Source: Candidatus Thorarchaeota archaeon (GTDB lineage Archaea > Asgardarchaeota > Thorarchaeia > Thorarchaeales > Thorarchaeaceae). Taken from it: DNA of 21,128 bases. The notes under the pieces are model-generated. The model saw nothing but the letters and a program-made list of their open reading frames with translations. It was not told the origin of the DNA and made no database searches. Shown piece by piece: positions 1 through 9,549 of the stretch (within the stretch, counting starts at the first letter, position 1; the number at the start of each line of letters is the position of its first letter). A program made the translations under genes and the position numbers. Location: the NCBI GenBank assembly GCA_048884785.1, contig JBHLQM010000063.1:1-21128 (forward strand), written 5' to 3'.

Positions 1-23
1 TCACTGCTTGACAGGTGCTCAAA

Positions 24-740
24 ATGACCGTTTTTCTTAGAGCTAATGCTTTCATTGGAATGGTTGCAGCCGTGGCTGAGGGTTTCAAAAGCGAGGTTGG
101 GGGCCTTGTCTTTGGAGACCACTATTATACTTCAGAGAAATACATAGTTGAAGTAGTGATTCCGCTTCAAACCACAAAACGCTCACCCACTCAGGTTCAC
201 TTTCATCCTAAGAGAACCAAGAGAGTTCTAGACCTGTGGAATGAACTCTCGCCTCTTTGGTACCTTGGATCGTTTCACAGTCATCCGGAATATGGTGGCG
301 CCCAGTATCCCCCCGAGCAGAGCGAAGCTGATAGGATGGACCTCAAGGTAGGTGATATTGAGATAATCATGTCAATATGGGAGGCAACACGAAAAGAGGT
401 CCTTGGATACATTCGCGATGGGAAGCGAATCTCAGGTGCAGTTGGGGACTACTACATTCAGATTTCCGCATGGCATAAGAACAAGTATGAAGAAATCAAT
501 GAGCTTGAGCTCTGGTGTCCCTATATCAATATCATCAATGAGAGTCGTGAGAGAGGTATTGTTTCCAAGTGGGGGCGTCTGTTTGAAAGGCATTCCTTGC
601 TCCCTGAAACCAAAGTAAGAACACTTCAGAGAAGAATTGAGAAGTACGAAAACCAGGTCTTTCGAAATCCAAAAAATGAGAAGGTTGCCTTTTCTAGGAT
701 TAAGAAAACCATCAGAGAATTGTCTAAAGAAATACAGTGA
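24..740 (+). CDS. JAB/MPN+ (JAMM) metalloprotease-domain protein with C-terminal extension
   Basis: JAMM motif: E in EVGGLVFG, then FHSHP-x11-S-x2-D (GSFHSHPEYGGAQYPPEQSEAD). ATG at 24 preferred over GTG at 15. About 90 extra C-terminal residues, charged and probably helical. Confidence 0.8.
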   Translation: MTVFLRANAFIGMVAAVAEGFKSEVGGLVFGDHYYTSEKYIVEVVIPLQTTKRSPTQVHFHPKRTKRVLDLWNELSPLWYLGSFHSHPEYGGAQYPPEQSEADRMDLKVGDIEIIMSIWEATRKEVLGYIRDGKRISGAVGDYYIQISAWHKNKYEEINELELWCPYINIINESRERGIVSKWGRLFERHSLLPETKVRTLQRRIEKYENQVFRNPKNEKVAFSRIKKTIRELSKEIQ

Positions 741-752
741 TTCTGCTGACAA

Positions 753-1352
753 TCAGGTGATGTTACTCGAAAAGACAGTCTGGACAGTCACTGTAAAGTC
801 ATTGAGAGCTGCAACTGGTTCGAAGAGTGGTCCATCTAGACCAGCATCTAGAGTCCCTCTACCGCTCTTTACCATGATATGTCCCTTTTCAGTCTGGAAT
901 GTACACACATAGAGCCATGTTCCATCAGAATACAGAACTTCAATGATGAATCCTATGTGCGAACCCATTTCCATGACCCCTTGTATGATATCTTCCGAAG
1001 GATAAGTTAGATTCAATCCAGCAGTGAGGGCGTTGTTAATTGCGGTAACGTTCTCTAGTGAAATAATGAACGTCCGCTCGTATGATTCCGTGCTATCCCA
1101 GCCGCCCGAGTTATCAAGAAAAGAAGCAGAAACATGCCACATACCGAAAACATCACGGTCAATTGATGCCTCCATCAGCTCAGGATATACTATATCCGAG
1201 GTGTTGCCTATGATTGTAATGGATGTTACATCAGTTCCGCCGAAGCTGGTGTTTGAGGAATTGATGAAATACGTGAAGGCAACAGCAGAAACAGAGATCA
1301 CAATGACTGTGATTATAATTGCAGCCTTACTTCCTTGAGCACTCAAAGCCAT
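753..1352 (-). CDS. Hypothetical protein with N-terminal signal/membrane anchor
   Basis: ORF of about 200 aa. Hydrophobic N-terminal helix (AAIIITVIVISVSAVAFTYFI) followed by a polar domain with several N-x-S/T sequons. Confidence 0.7.
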   Translation of the reverse strand: MALSAQGSKAAIIITVIVISVSAVAFTYFINSSNTSFGGTDVTSITIIGNTSDIVYPELMEASIDRDVFGMWHVSASFLDNSGGWDSTESYERTFIISLENVTAINNALTAGLNLTYPSEDIIQGVMEMGSHIGFIIEVLYSDGTWLYVCTFQTEKGHIMVKSGRGTLDAGLDGPLFEPVAALNDFTVTVQTVFSSNIT

Positions 1353-1452
1353 ATCCCCCAAATTACCGCATAACTATGGTGGAGTATGCTCTTGAGCATT
1401 ATGATTTCAGTATTGGAATATGTGGTCTAAATATATCCGATTTCATTTTCGT

Positions 1453-1776
1453 CTAAGGTCCTCTACCAGAGAACACTAGATACCCTATATGATGATATTC
1501 ATCATTGCTCTCCAGAGTAACTGTCTTTCTCAGTTTCATCAGTTTTGGCATTCGTTGTCTTACAGCACCATTAATTATCATATGATAGAGCATTTTCAAG
1601 GTGGCCTTAGTAGCATTAGAGCGACTTCGTGGATTCTCAAATACTCCTGCATATGACTCTTCAACCTCAATACTCAAGAAGCCAGTGGCTTCGAAGATGT
1701 TCTTCCATTGATTGATATCGAGCATTGATACTTTCGCCCCAAGCATAGCTCCCATTGCAGTATTGATTGCCTCCAC
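1453..1776 (-). pseudogene. 3' remnant of a class I SAM-dependent methyltransferase
   Basis: QWKNIFEATGFLSIEV...HIGYLVFSGR resembles the C-terminal half of the methyltransferase at 20703-21128 (EWKTYFAEAGL...AGAVICVGTKP). There is no SAM-binding GxGxG half, an in-frame TGA lies just upstream, and there is no room before the fprA promoter. Confidence 0.6.
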
Positions 1777-1921
1777 AAATCCAGAATCGGCACGATTTCA
1801 ATTCCAGATGAATTGTTCACAATTGCACTGGAAACGAATGATCTAAAAAAGGGAGAAATTCATCGAGTGAGAACAGAAACATATTTATTATAGTTAAGTA
1901 TAATGTGGGGTGGGATGGATT

Positions 1922-3115
1922 ATGAAAGCAATCGAGGTCGTGAAAGACGTCTACTGGGTTGGAGCAGTTGACTTCAATGTCCGCAATTTCCATGGTTACA
2001 GTTATTCTGTCCATCATGGGACAACCTATAATGCCTACTTGGTTGTAGGCGAGAAGATTGCGCTTGTAGACGCAGTCATGGGGCCATTTGCAGATGAGAT
2101 GTTCGAGCGGATATCTCAGATAGTTGATCCAAAGAAGATCGACTACGTCATTTCAAATCACACAGAGATGGACCATTCAGGTGCACTTCCACTTGTGCTT
2201 GGGCAAGTTCCAAAAGCGATTCTTCTATGTACTGAGCGAGCCGTTGCAGCTCTCAAAAAGCACTATATTGACGGATGGAACATTAAGACTGTCAAGACAG
2301 GTGATGAACTAGATCTGGGCGGAAAGACTATCCGATTCTATGAGGCCCCCATGTTGCATTGGCCTGAGAGCATGTTCACCTACTATGTCGAGGAACAGCT
2401 TCTCATGCCCAATGATGCTTTTGGCCAGCATTATGCAACTGAGAGGCGTTTTGCTGACGAAGTCGACCAGACCGTGCTTTGGAGAGAGGCTGAGAAATAC
2501 TATGCCAATATCCTTTGGCCACTCAGTCGACAAGTGCAAAGGAAGATCGAGGAAGTCGTAGAGCTAGGACTACCAATCAAGATTATTGCACCGTCTCATG
2601 GGCTTATTTGGAGAAAGGACCCGCTTCAAATTGTCACTCGGTATCTAGAATGGGCTAAAGGGGAACGAACCACGGACAAGGTTGTGATCACCTGGGACAC
2701 AATGTGGGACAGTACAACCAAGATTGCACGCGCCATTGCCGAAGGCATAAGTGAAGAGGGTCTCACGCCATTATTGTATCTCATTCCACACAGCGATAGA
2801 AGTGATATTATTGCAGACATGCTAGAAGCAAAAGGAGTTCTTGTCGGAAGTCCGACCATTCATAATGAGATTCTTCCAACTGTGGCTCCGCTGCTTTCTG
2901 ACCTTGAGGCATTGAAACCCGTCAACAAGAAGTGTGCTGCCTTCGGGTCCTATGGATGGGCTGGTGGCGCAACAAAGAAGATTGAGGAAGCAATGACACG
3001 CGGAAAAATGGATGTTATCATGGAATCATTCTCAGTGAAATGGGTGCCAACTAGCCAAGAGCTCGGGGAGGCTTTTGCGTTTGGCAAAGAGTTTGGGAAA
3101 CGAGTTAAGGGTTAA
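1922..3115 (+). CDS. fprA: Flavodiiron protein (FprA/NorV family; metallo-beta-lactamase + flavodoxin domains), O2/NO reductase
   Basis: GTTYNAYL, NHTEMDHSG, PMLHWPESM, DAFGQH and IAPSHG diiron motifs. Flavodoxin motifs TMWDST and FGSYGW. TATA-like TTTATTATA about 30 nt upstream. Confidence 0.95.
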   Translation: MKAIEVVKDVYWVGAVDFNVRNFHGYSYSVHHGTTYNAYLVVGEKIALVDAVMGPFADEMFERISQIVDPKKIDYVISNHTEMDHSGALPLVLGQVPKAILLCTERAVAALKKHYIDGWNIKTVKTGDELDLGGKTIRFYEAPMLHWPESMFTYYVEEQLLMPNDAFGQHYATERRFADEVDQTVLWREAEKYYANILWPLSRQVQRKIEEVVELGLPIKIIAPSHGLIWRKDPLQIVTRYLEWAKGERTTDKVVITWDTMWDSTTKIARAIAEGISEEGLTPLLYLIPHSDRSDIIADMLEAKGVLVGSPTIHNEILPTVAPLLSDLEALKPVNKKCAAFGSYGWAGGATKKIEEAMTRGKMDVIMESFSVKWVPTSQELGEAFAFGKEFGKRVKG

Positions 3116-3166
3116 TCATGTGACTATCAATCGATATTTCAAAACACATCTGGTCGTATACGTGTT

Positions 3167-3409
3167 CTATCTGATCAATTGAAGAAAGACATTAGACGTT
3201 TGGAATCGAGCTTTTGCCTGTTCTTTGGCTTTCTCTGCCTCCATTTCGGATTTGAAATTACGAAAATCGGCTGGAAGGTCTTGAGCTCCCGGTATCGTCC
3301 TCGCTCGAATGATTCTTTTCTCTTCAGAAACCGGTTGATCAAATTGGATGCAAGTTTCCTCACCATCTTCAGTAACAACCGTTTTACAATGCATCTGTAT
3401 AGTGCTCAT
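3167..3409 (-). CDS. Small hypothetical protein (80 aa)
   Basis: GGTGA SD before ATG 3409, TATATA about 26-31 nt upstream, protein-like charged composition. No family recognised. Confidence 0.55.
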   Translation of the reverse strand: MSTIQMHCKTVVTEDGEETCIQFDQPVSEEKRIIRARTIPGAQDLPADFRNFKSEMEAEKAKEQAKARFQTSNVFLQLIR

Positions 3410-3528
3410 CACAATCACCAGTATTGGACGTCCTATATACCACTAAAGTACATATAACTATATTGGTCATCCAATACTCACAAGAGTGTTGCTCCATGTG
3501 TCCCTTTCGGAATTTGCGTACTAAATGA

Positions 3529-3672
3529 CTAGTCTTCAGTCTTGTACTTGGCCCATTTCCCGCAAGTGATGCATCGAAGATGAATGTATTTCACCGTTCT
3601 TCCTTGTTCTACCACTGACTCATCATGCTTCTCTTTGAGTCTGCCACCACAGTGGGGACACTTGTCAATCAT
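3529..3672 (-). CDS. CPxCG-type zinc-ribbon microprotein (47 aa), not in ORF track
   Basis: Manual translation MIDKCPHCGGRLKEKHDESVVEQGRTVKYIHLRCITCGKWAKYKTED* has two CxxC(G) knuckles. Purine-rich SD-like AGGAAG upstream. Confidence 0.8.
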   Translation of the reverse strand: MIDKCPHCGGRLKEKHDESVVEQGRTVKYIHLRCITCGKWAKYKTED

Positions 3673-3824
3673 ATTTCTTCTTCCTGCTTCCAGAATGCTC
3701 CAGAAAATACTATGAAAAAAGTGAATAAAAAGTAAGTCACCGGTCTAGAGAAGCCATGCTGGGCGCATTGGCTTCAGATATCATCATATGTAATTTGTGT
3801 GTTGCTGCTAGGAAAGGCATCTCC

Positions 3825-4736
3825 TCAGGATTTGGTGACAACGGAGGCTAGGAGCATAATACTAAGAAATATCCCTAGTGCGTATGAGATATCCAACACA
3901 ACAAGTGTTACTGTATAACTCTGAACCAGAATGACGTATGTACTAAGCAAAAGGACACCAGCCACCATAATCACAAGAAGTATCTCTTCAAGCAGAGAGA
4001 GTGGTCTACTATCGAGAGATCGAATCCAAAAAACAAGCAATACTCCCGCAATTGGTGGAAAAACAAGAAGTATGAGTCCCAGAGGCAGAAGCAATACACC
4101 ACTTAGTTGAGAACGAATTCTATCCATTCTTGCAGCATATCTCTCAAACTCCTTCGAGTAAACTTTACCATAATCCCCTCGTATCTTTACCTGATACCCT
4201 TTCCAGAGAGAGAACCCAAAATCGTCAGCTCTTTTGCGTAACTTGTCTGTGGCAGTCTCTTGCGTTTCTGGCTGATACCGTCCTTTGAAGGCAGGCAAGA
4301 TATAGACCGACAACAACAGCGACCAGACTCCGTATAGCGAAACAAGAGTTTCAATGAGTCCAAGTGTTTGACCGAGAATAAAAACGGCCATCATCTTGTA
4401 AAGTGCATAGATGACAATACCGATTATTGGAATGAGAAGAGCTCTCTTAATCAACCTCGCTCGACTTGTACTCCGTTTCATATATTCTGATGAAACTCTG
4501 AATGCTATCGCGCAAAATGTTGCATACGTGAGCATTATTCCAATCCCACTCAGGAAGTTCATAGTAGTGCCTGAAATTGTAAACAGGTTCAGCATTAGCT
4601 CAGAGCCGAGGAGAACATCAAAACTCCAGCTACTCTGATAGAGCATTATAATCAAGAGGACAAACCCTGACATGAAAGCAAGCAAGTAGATCTCTCTATA
4701 TCTGTCTGAAACAAATGAGGATAAAGTCGAGGTCAT
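3825..4736 (-). CDS. Multi-pass membrane protein of unknown function
   Basis: 303 aa with about 7-8 hydrophobic helices split by a charged loop. Confidence 0.75.
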   Translation of the reverse strand: MTSTLSSFVSDRYREIYLLAFMSGFVLLIIMLYQSSWSFDVLLGSELMLNLFTISGTTMNFLSGIGIMLTYATFCAIAFRVSSEYMKRSTSRARLIKRALLIPIIGIVIYALYKMMAVFILGQTLGLIETLVSLYGVWSLLLSVYILPAFKGRYQPETQETATDKLRKRADDFGFSLWKGYQVKIRGDYGKVYSKEFERYAARMDRIRSQLSGVLLLPLGLILLVFPPIAGVLLVFWIRSLDSRPLSLLEEILLVIMVAGVLLLSTYVILVQSYTVTLVVLDISYALGIFLSIMLLASVVTKS

Positions 4737-4859
4737 AAGGTATCAGAATCCTATGTGGAAAAATTTCAGGTTCATTGATAGATAATGAGTTGCTGATGAG
4801 TCTTTTGTCTTCTTTTGAAGCATATATTGGCCGTGAAGAGGAATTTTTTCCTTCCAATA

Positions 4860-5708
4860 TCACTTTCTGAATTTCTCACTCAAGTCATCACCAAGATTCT
4901 TTTCACTCAGTAATTTGAGAGCAGCTTCAAAGGAGTTGGAACATATCCAAGATGCACCTTGACTGAATTCAATTGGAAGTCTATTTGAAGGACCAATCCT
5001 TCGACACTCTTCTACTATATTCCTACCCTGATACAAATCAACCTCACGTGCAAATTTAATACCTGCTTCCATAGCTACCCTTTTCACACTTGCATCAACT
5101 GGCTGAATATGAGCAATCTCCTCAATGGATGTAACATGATTACCAATCTCATTGTAATAGAGGTCTACTAGGTCTCGTAGGTATGTGGAGACTGCAACAG
5201 ACCCTACACCATAGAACGAGTTGAGTTTCCGATAGTGGGGAATCAGTCTTCCTTTACCTATCTCATCAATGCTATACTGAACAATGTTGCCCGCCGGGAG
5301 TTCGGCAATATACCTTAGCAGACCTAAAGTATTGTATCCCCTCTTCTTCACTTCTGCTCCGAAGAGCAAATCAATGTCGCTCTCCTTCTTGTAAGATCTA
5401 CCATCGACTGTCAAGTCACGAAATGCCTGTTTAGAGTCATGCAAATCCTTGGTGCGTATGTTTGTTATGCCACTGGGGTTAACACAGTCAAGATGATTAC
5501 ACAGGACATCATCAATCATCTGACAGATCACTCTGGTGGTCTGTTCATGGCGTCCCTGAATTATCCTTGAGATGAAAAACCTGAATGCTTGAAACCAGTG
5601 TGTCCGAATTTCTGATGGACTCGAATCCAGATACTCCAAGTACTCTGCCCTATACAGCTTTGCGAATTTTGAAACACGCATTATCATGATGTCTTCCATA
5701 TTCTCCAC
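4860..5708 (-). CDS. Divergent HhH-GPD superfamily (DNA glycosylase-like) protein
   Basis: LNSFYGVGSVAVSTYL resembles the HhH motif. QPVDASVKRVAMEAG resembles PVDxHVxRxxxRLG. Start codon uncertain. Confidence 0.55.
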   Translation of the reverse strand: MENMEDIMIMRVSKFAKLYRAEYLEYLDSSPSEIRTHWFQAFRFFISRIIQGRHEQTTRVICQMIDDVLCNHLDCVNPSGITNIRTKDLHDSKQAFRDLTVDGRSYKKESDIDLLFGAEVKKRGYNTLGLLRYIAELPAGNIVQYSIDEIGKGRLIPHYRKLNSFYGVGSVAVSTYLRDLVDLYYNEIGNHVTSIEEIAHIQPVDASVKRVAMEAGIKFAREVDLYQGRNIVEECRRIGPSNRLPIEFSQGASWICSNSFEAALKLLSEKNLGDDLSEKFRK

Positions 5709-5759
5709 CGCGAAAAGAAACCCGCTGTATGGTTTGCATTGACAACTATTTGTCTTCTC

Positions 5760-6137
5760 TCATCCTAACTCTTCTGCATCAGGTTCCCAGGCCGGGTCTA
5801 CAATACAGAGAAACTCGAGAGGCATTTGACCCACAGACTCAATGTACTGGAGTGCCTTTGGGGGGATGTATACCACATCTCCCGGCTCGACTTCCTGGAC
5901 CTCATTATCAATGTGCATGATGCCTTTGCCTTTAGTAATATAGTACACTTCAGAGGCTTCCTTGAATCGATGCGGAAGAGATGACTTTCCAGGAGCAAGT
6001 GATGCATGGGCAAGACTGTAAGTAAGGTGCAAGGAATCATCGCCATGATTTGGATTCAAGAACTCCCTAACACGTGTGTCATCAAGGGCAGCAATTTCTT
6101 TCTGGTTTCTCAATCTTCTAATAATCACTCTTTCCAC
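5760..6137 (-). CDS. Cupin domain protein (Cupin_2-like)
   Basis: PHRFKEASEVYYITKGKGIMHI and VEPGDVVYIPPKALQYIES match the two cupin motifs. Confidence 0.9.
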   Translation of the reverse strand: MERVIIRRLRNQKEIAALDDTRVREFLNPNHGDDSLHLTYSLAHASLAPGKSSLPHRFKEASEVYYITKGKGIMHIDNEVQEVEPGDVVYIPPKALQYIESVGQMPLEFLCIVDPAWEPDAEELG

Positions 6138-6161
6138 CTTGACTCAATGAGGATACAATCG

Positions 6162-6977
6162 CTATACCTGACACTTTGGACAGATATAGCTTGTAGTTGA
6201 ACCTATCCGAATCTCCTCAATTGTAGCCGAGCACTCCGGGCAGGGTTCTCCTGTTCTATATCCAATAGGTCGATGTTTCATGTATCTACCTTTTTTTCCG
6301 AATAAGTCCTGTTCTCCCGGACCACCCCCATACCTAATACCATCTTTGAGGACACGTTGGATTGCGCCATGCAAATTCTCAATTTCGAACTCCTCGAGGG
6401 AATCCGCCTGTCTTGTTGGATGAAGCTTGGCATACCAAAGTATGTCTTGGACATAGACATTTCCAATTCCTGCTATGAAAGATTGATCGAGAAGGTATGA
6501 TTTGATCCGTCCCCGCTTCTTATGTAACATCTTGCCCAGAAGGTCAACCGTGAATGCCTTGCTGAGCGGTTCTACTCCGAGTTTGGAGATCTGAGGATGC
6601 GAGGAAAAGTCTCCTTTTGGAACTAAGTGTACATGTCCGAACCACCAATGATGTATCCCAATCCATTCTCCATTATCTAGGGTAAACACTACTCTGTGAT
6701 ATTCATGTACGGGTTCCTTACCCTTATCATGCAGGAGTATCTCACCCCCCATTCCGAGGTTGAAAGCAATCGACCACTTCTCATTCAGGTCTGATGTTAT
6801 CCATTTGCCTCGCTGATATGTTCTCTCGAAGCTTCTCCCCTGTACACCATTTTTGAATTTTCGAGGTGTCAAGTTCAAGCATTTTGGTTGGTTCACAATC
6901 ACATCTATTATTTTCTTCTTGGAAAGGCCCTCATTCATACTCTTGGCAAGTATATATACATCCGGCAGTTCTGGCAT
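6162..6977 (-). CDS. mutM: Fpg/Nei family DNA glycosylase (MutM-like, divergent)
   Basis: True start MPELPDV at 6977. RGKW, NLGMGG, LGVEPL, H2TH motif LLDQSFIAGIGNVY, C-terminal CPEC...CPKCQ zinc finger. Confidence 0.88.
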   Translation of the reverse strand: MPELPDVYILAKSMNEGLSKKKIIDVIVNQPKCLNLTPRKFKNGVQGRSFERTYQRGKWITSDLNEKWSIAFNLGMGGEILLHDKGKEPVHEYHRVVFTLDNGEWIGIHHWWFGHVHLVPKGDFSSHPQISKLGVEPLSKAFTVDLLGKMLHKKRGRIKSYLLDQSFIAGIGNVYVQDILWYAKLHPTRQADSLEEFEIENLHGAIQRVLKDGIRYGGGPGEQDLFGKKGRYMKHRPIGYRTGEPCPECSATIEEIRIGSTTSYICPKCQV

Positions 6978-7132
6978 TTCTATCGTATTTTCTTGGGGAC
7001 GCATTTGGATTAAGCTATGCGATAGGCGTAATCCTGCAGTGGCTTTCATATCTAATCTGCATGTATAAAAAACTGTAAGAATCAGGCCTAGCTAAAGGCT
7101 GATAAGATGAAGAGTCGCGCATTGAAATCATA

Positions 7133-7149
7133 CCATTCATTATGAATGG
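7133..7149. promoter_or_regulatory. Perfect 8-1-8 inverted repeat over the probable TATA box of the glycyl radical enzyme gene
   Basis: CCATTCAT-T-ATGAATGG, ending 34 nt upstream of ATG 7183 and containing TTATGAA. GGTGA SD at 7171-7175. Confidence 0.5.
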
Positions 7150-7182
7150 GCTTTAGAAATAACTCAGCAAGGTGATTCTCCC

Positions 7183-9549
7183 ATGCTCTCCGAGAGAGTG
7201 AAACGGCTTAGAGAACAGAGTATCAGCACCGAGCCCTACATTTCCACAGAGCGAGCTGAATTACTCACTGATTTCTACCAGAGTGGTGCCGGTGATTCGA
7301 AATCAACTCCAGTAGCTCGTGCTCTGGCATTCAAATTCATTCTAGAGAACAAGGAGATCTATATTGGACAAGATGAATTGATTGTGGGAGAGCGCGGTCC
7401 TGCACCTCGAGCCACCCCAACCTATCCTGAATTGTGCTGCCACTCGATTTCCGACTTCGAGATAATCCATAACCGAGTCAGGTCCCGCTTCAATGTGGAC
7501 GAAACCTCCAAAGAAGTCTACCAGGAGGAGATCATCCCCTTCTGGCGTGGAAAGACAATGCGAGAACGAGTATTCGAGGCCTTATCTGATGATTGGATGA
7601 GGGCTTTCAATGCAGGCGTCTTCACAGAGTTCATGGAACAGCGTGCACCGGGTCATGCAATACTTGATGACAAGATATACCACCGAGGACTACGCGACCT
7701 TATGGTGGATATTGAGAATCGAATACAGGAGCTTGACTTCTTCAATGACCCTGAGGCATATGACAAAGAACAGGACCTCAGGGCCATGGCTATCGCTGCA
7801 GAGGCCGTTATCACATTTGCCCAACGCCATGCAGATAGGGCGAAGGAACTGGTCGAGGAAGAAACCAATCCTCAAAGAAAGAAGGAACTTGAGAAGATTG
7901 CGGCCGTGTGTAGCAATGTCCCCTCCAATGCGCCTCGTGATTTTTGGGAAGCAATACAGTCCTACTGGTTCGTTCACCTCGGCGTCATAACGGAGCTAAA
8001 TGTATGGGACTCTTTTAATCCCGGAAGAATAGACCAGCACCTGCAACCTTTCTATGAGAAGGGATTGAAGTCTGGTAGTCTTACTCACGAGTTCGCTGAA
8101 GAATTACTGCAGTGCCTTTGGATCAAAGTGCACAATCAACCAGCTCCTCCCAAAGTAGACATCACTGAGGAGGCGAGTGGCACATATCAAGACTTTTCAC
8201 TGTTTAATACCGGCGGAGTCACCTTGGAAGGCAAGGATGCTGTCAATGATTTATCCTATCTTCTTCTTGACGTCTGCAAACACATGAAACTCATTATGCC
8301 TAGTTTATGCATCCAGCTGAGCACAGAGAATCCGGACTTATTCTTATTGAAAGCAATTGATGTAGTGAACGAGGGATTTGGCCAGCCATCACTATTCAAT
8401 ACAGATGTGATAATCAAGGAATTCCTAAGAGCCGGAAAATCAATAGAGGATGCAAGGAATGGCGGTCCGAGCGGCTGCGTGACCATTGGGGCATTTGGGA
8501 AAGAGTCGGTTATACTGACAGGGTATATGAACTGGCCAAAGATACTGGAAATAACTCTTCACGATGGTATAGATCCTAAGACCGGCATCAGGGTCGGCCT
8601 AGAAACTGGTAATCCTACTGATTTCAAGACGTATGACGAGCTGTTTGAGGCTTATACTAAACAGCTGAGATATTTTGTGGACCTTAAAGTCAAAGGCAAT
8701 AACATCATCGAACGACTCTATGCAGAGCATATGCCATCTCCCTTCATGTCTGTTCTCATGGACGACTGCATAAAAAAGGCAAAGGACTATCATCGAGGTG
8801 GCCCTCGATACAACAGCACGTATATTCAGGGAGTTGGAATGGGCACAATCACTGACTCGTTCACGGCAATTAAGTATCATATTTACGACAAGAAGCAGTC
8901 CACGATGGAAGAGCTGCTCCAAGCACTCGACACAGACTTCGAAAACAACGAGGCACTTAGGCAGACACTCGTAAATAAGACGCCAAAATACGGCAATGAT
9001 AATGACTATGCCGATACAATTGCGCAAGATGTCTTCAATGTGTATTTTGACATGCTTGATGGTCGACCCAACACTAAAGGAGGCGAATACCGAGTCAACC
9101 TCCTACCAACTACTGTACACATCTATTTTGGAGAGGTCACAGGGGCAACTCCTGATGGTCGAAAAACAGGTGCACCATTATCTGACGGAATTTCTCCCAG
9201 TCACGGCGCTGATAAGCATGGACCAACTGCGGTCATAAAATCGGTTGCCAAGATTGATCACTCGAAGACTGGCGGGACTCTTCTCAACCAGCGGTTCCTA
9301 CCTGAAGTCCTGTCAACTGAAGAGGGAAGAAGAAAGCTTGCAGATTTGGTGAAGACGTACTTTAGGCTAGGCGGGCATCATATCCAGTTTAATGTGGTCC
9401 GATCAGAGATTTTATGCGAGGCACAGATGCATCCTGAAATGCATAAGGATTTGATTGTCCGGGTTGCGGGGTACAGTGACTACTTCTGTGCTATTGGGAA
9501 AGAGCTACAGGATGAAATCATCGCTCGTACGGCACACCAAGGATTCTAA
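7183..9549 (+). CDS. Glycyl radical enzyme, trans-4-hydroxy-L-proline dehydratase (HypD/PflD)-like
   Basis: RVAGYS glycyl loop, Cys loop SGCVT, and HypD-type segments EFMEQRAPGH, WDSFNPG, SGTYQDF, LTGY, LPTTVH. No activase gene in the window. Confidence 0.9.
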   Translation: MLSERVKRLREQSISTEPYISTERAELLTDFYQSGAGDSKSTPVARALAFKFILENKEIYIGQDELIVGERGPAPRATPTYPELCCHSISDFEIIHNRVRSRFNVDETSKEVYQEEIIPFWRGKTMRERVFEALSDDWMRAFNAGVFTEFMEQRAPGHAILDDKIYHRGLRDLMVDIENRIQELDFFNDPEAYDKEQDLRAMAIAAEAVITFAQRHADRAKELVEEETNPQRKKELEKIAAVCSNVPSNAPRDFWEAIQSYWFVHLGVITELNVWDSFNPGRIDQHLQPFYEKGLKSGSLTHEFAEELLQCLWIKVHNQPAPPKVDITEEASGTYQDFSLFNTGGVTLEGKDAVNDLSYLLLDVCKHMKLIMPSLCIQLSTENPDLFLLKAIDVVNEGFGQPSLFNTDVIIKEFLRAGKSIEDARNGGPSGCVTIGAFGKESVILTGYMNWPKILEITLHDGIDPKTGIRVGLETGNPTDFKTYDELFEAYTKQLRYFVDLKVKGNNIIERLYAEHMPSPFMSVLMDDCIKKAKDYHRGGPRYNSTYIQGVGMGTITDSFTAIKYHIYDKKQSTMEELLQALDTDFENNEALRQTLVNKTPKYGNDNDYADTIAQDVFNVYFDMLDGRPNTKGGEYRVNLLPTTVHIYFGEVTGATPDGRKTGAPLSDGISPSHGADKHGPTAVIKSVAKIDHSKTGGTLLNQRFLPEVLSTEEGRRKLADLVKTYFRLGGHHIQFNVVRSEILCEAQMHPEMHKDLIVRVAGYSDYFCAIGKELQDEIIARTAHQGF

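Noticed and set aside
6978-7049. N-terminal extension of Fpg in the ORF track
   Set aside because: Fpg needs Pro2 at the N-terminus, so the start is MPELP at 6977.
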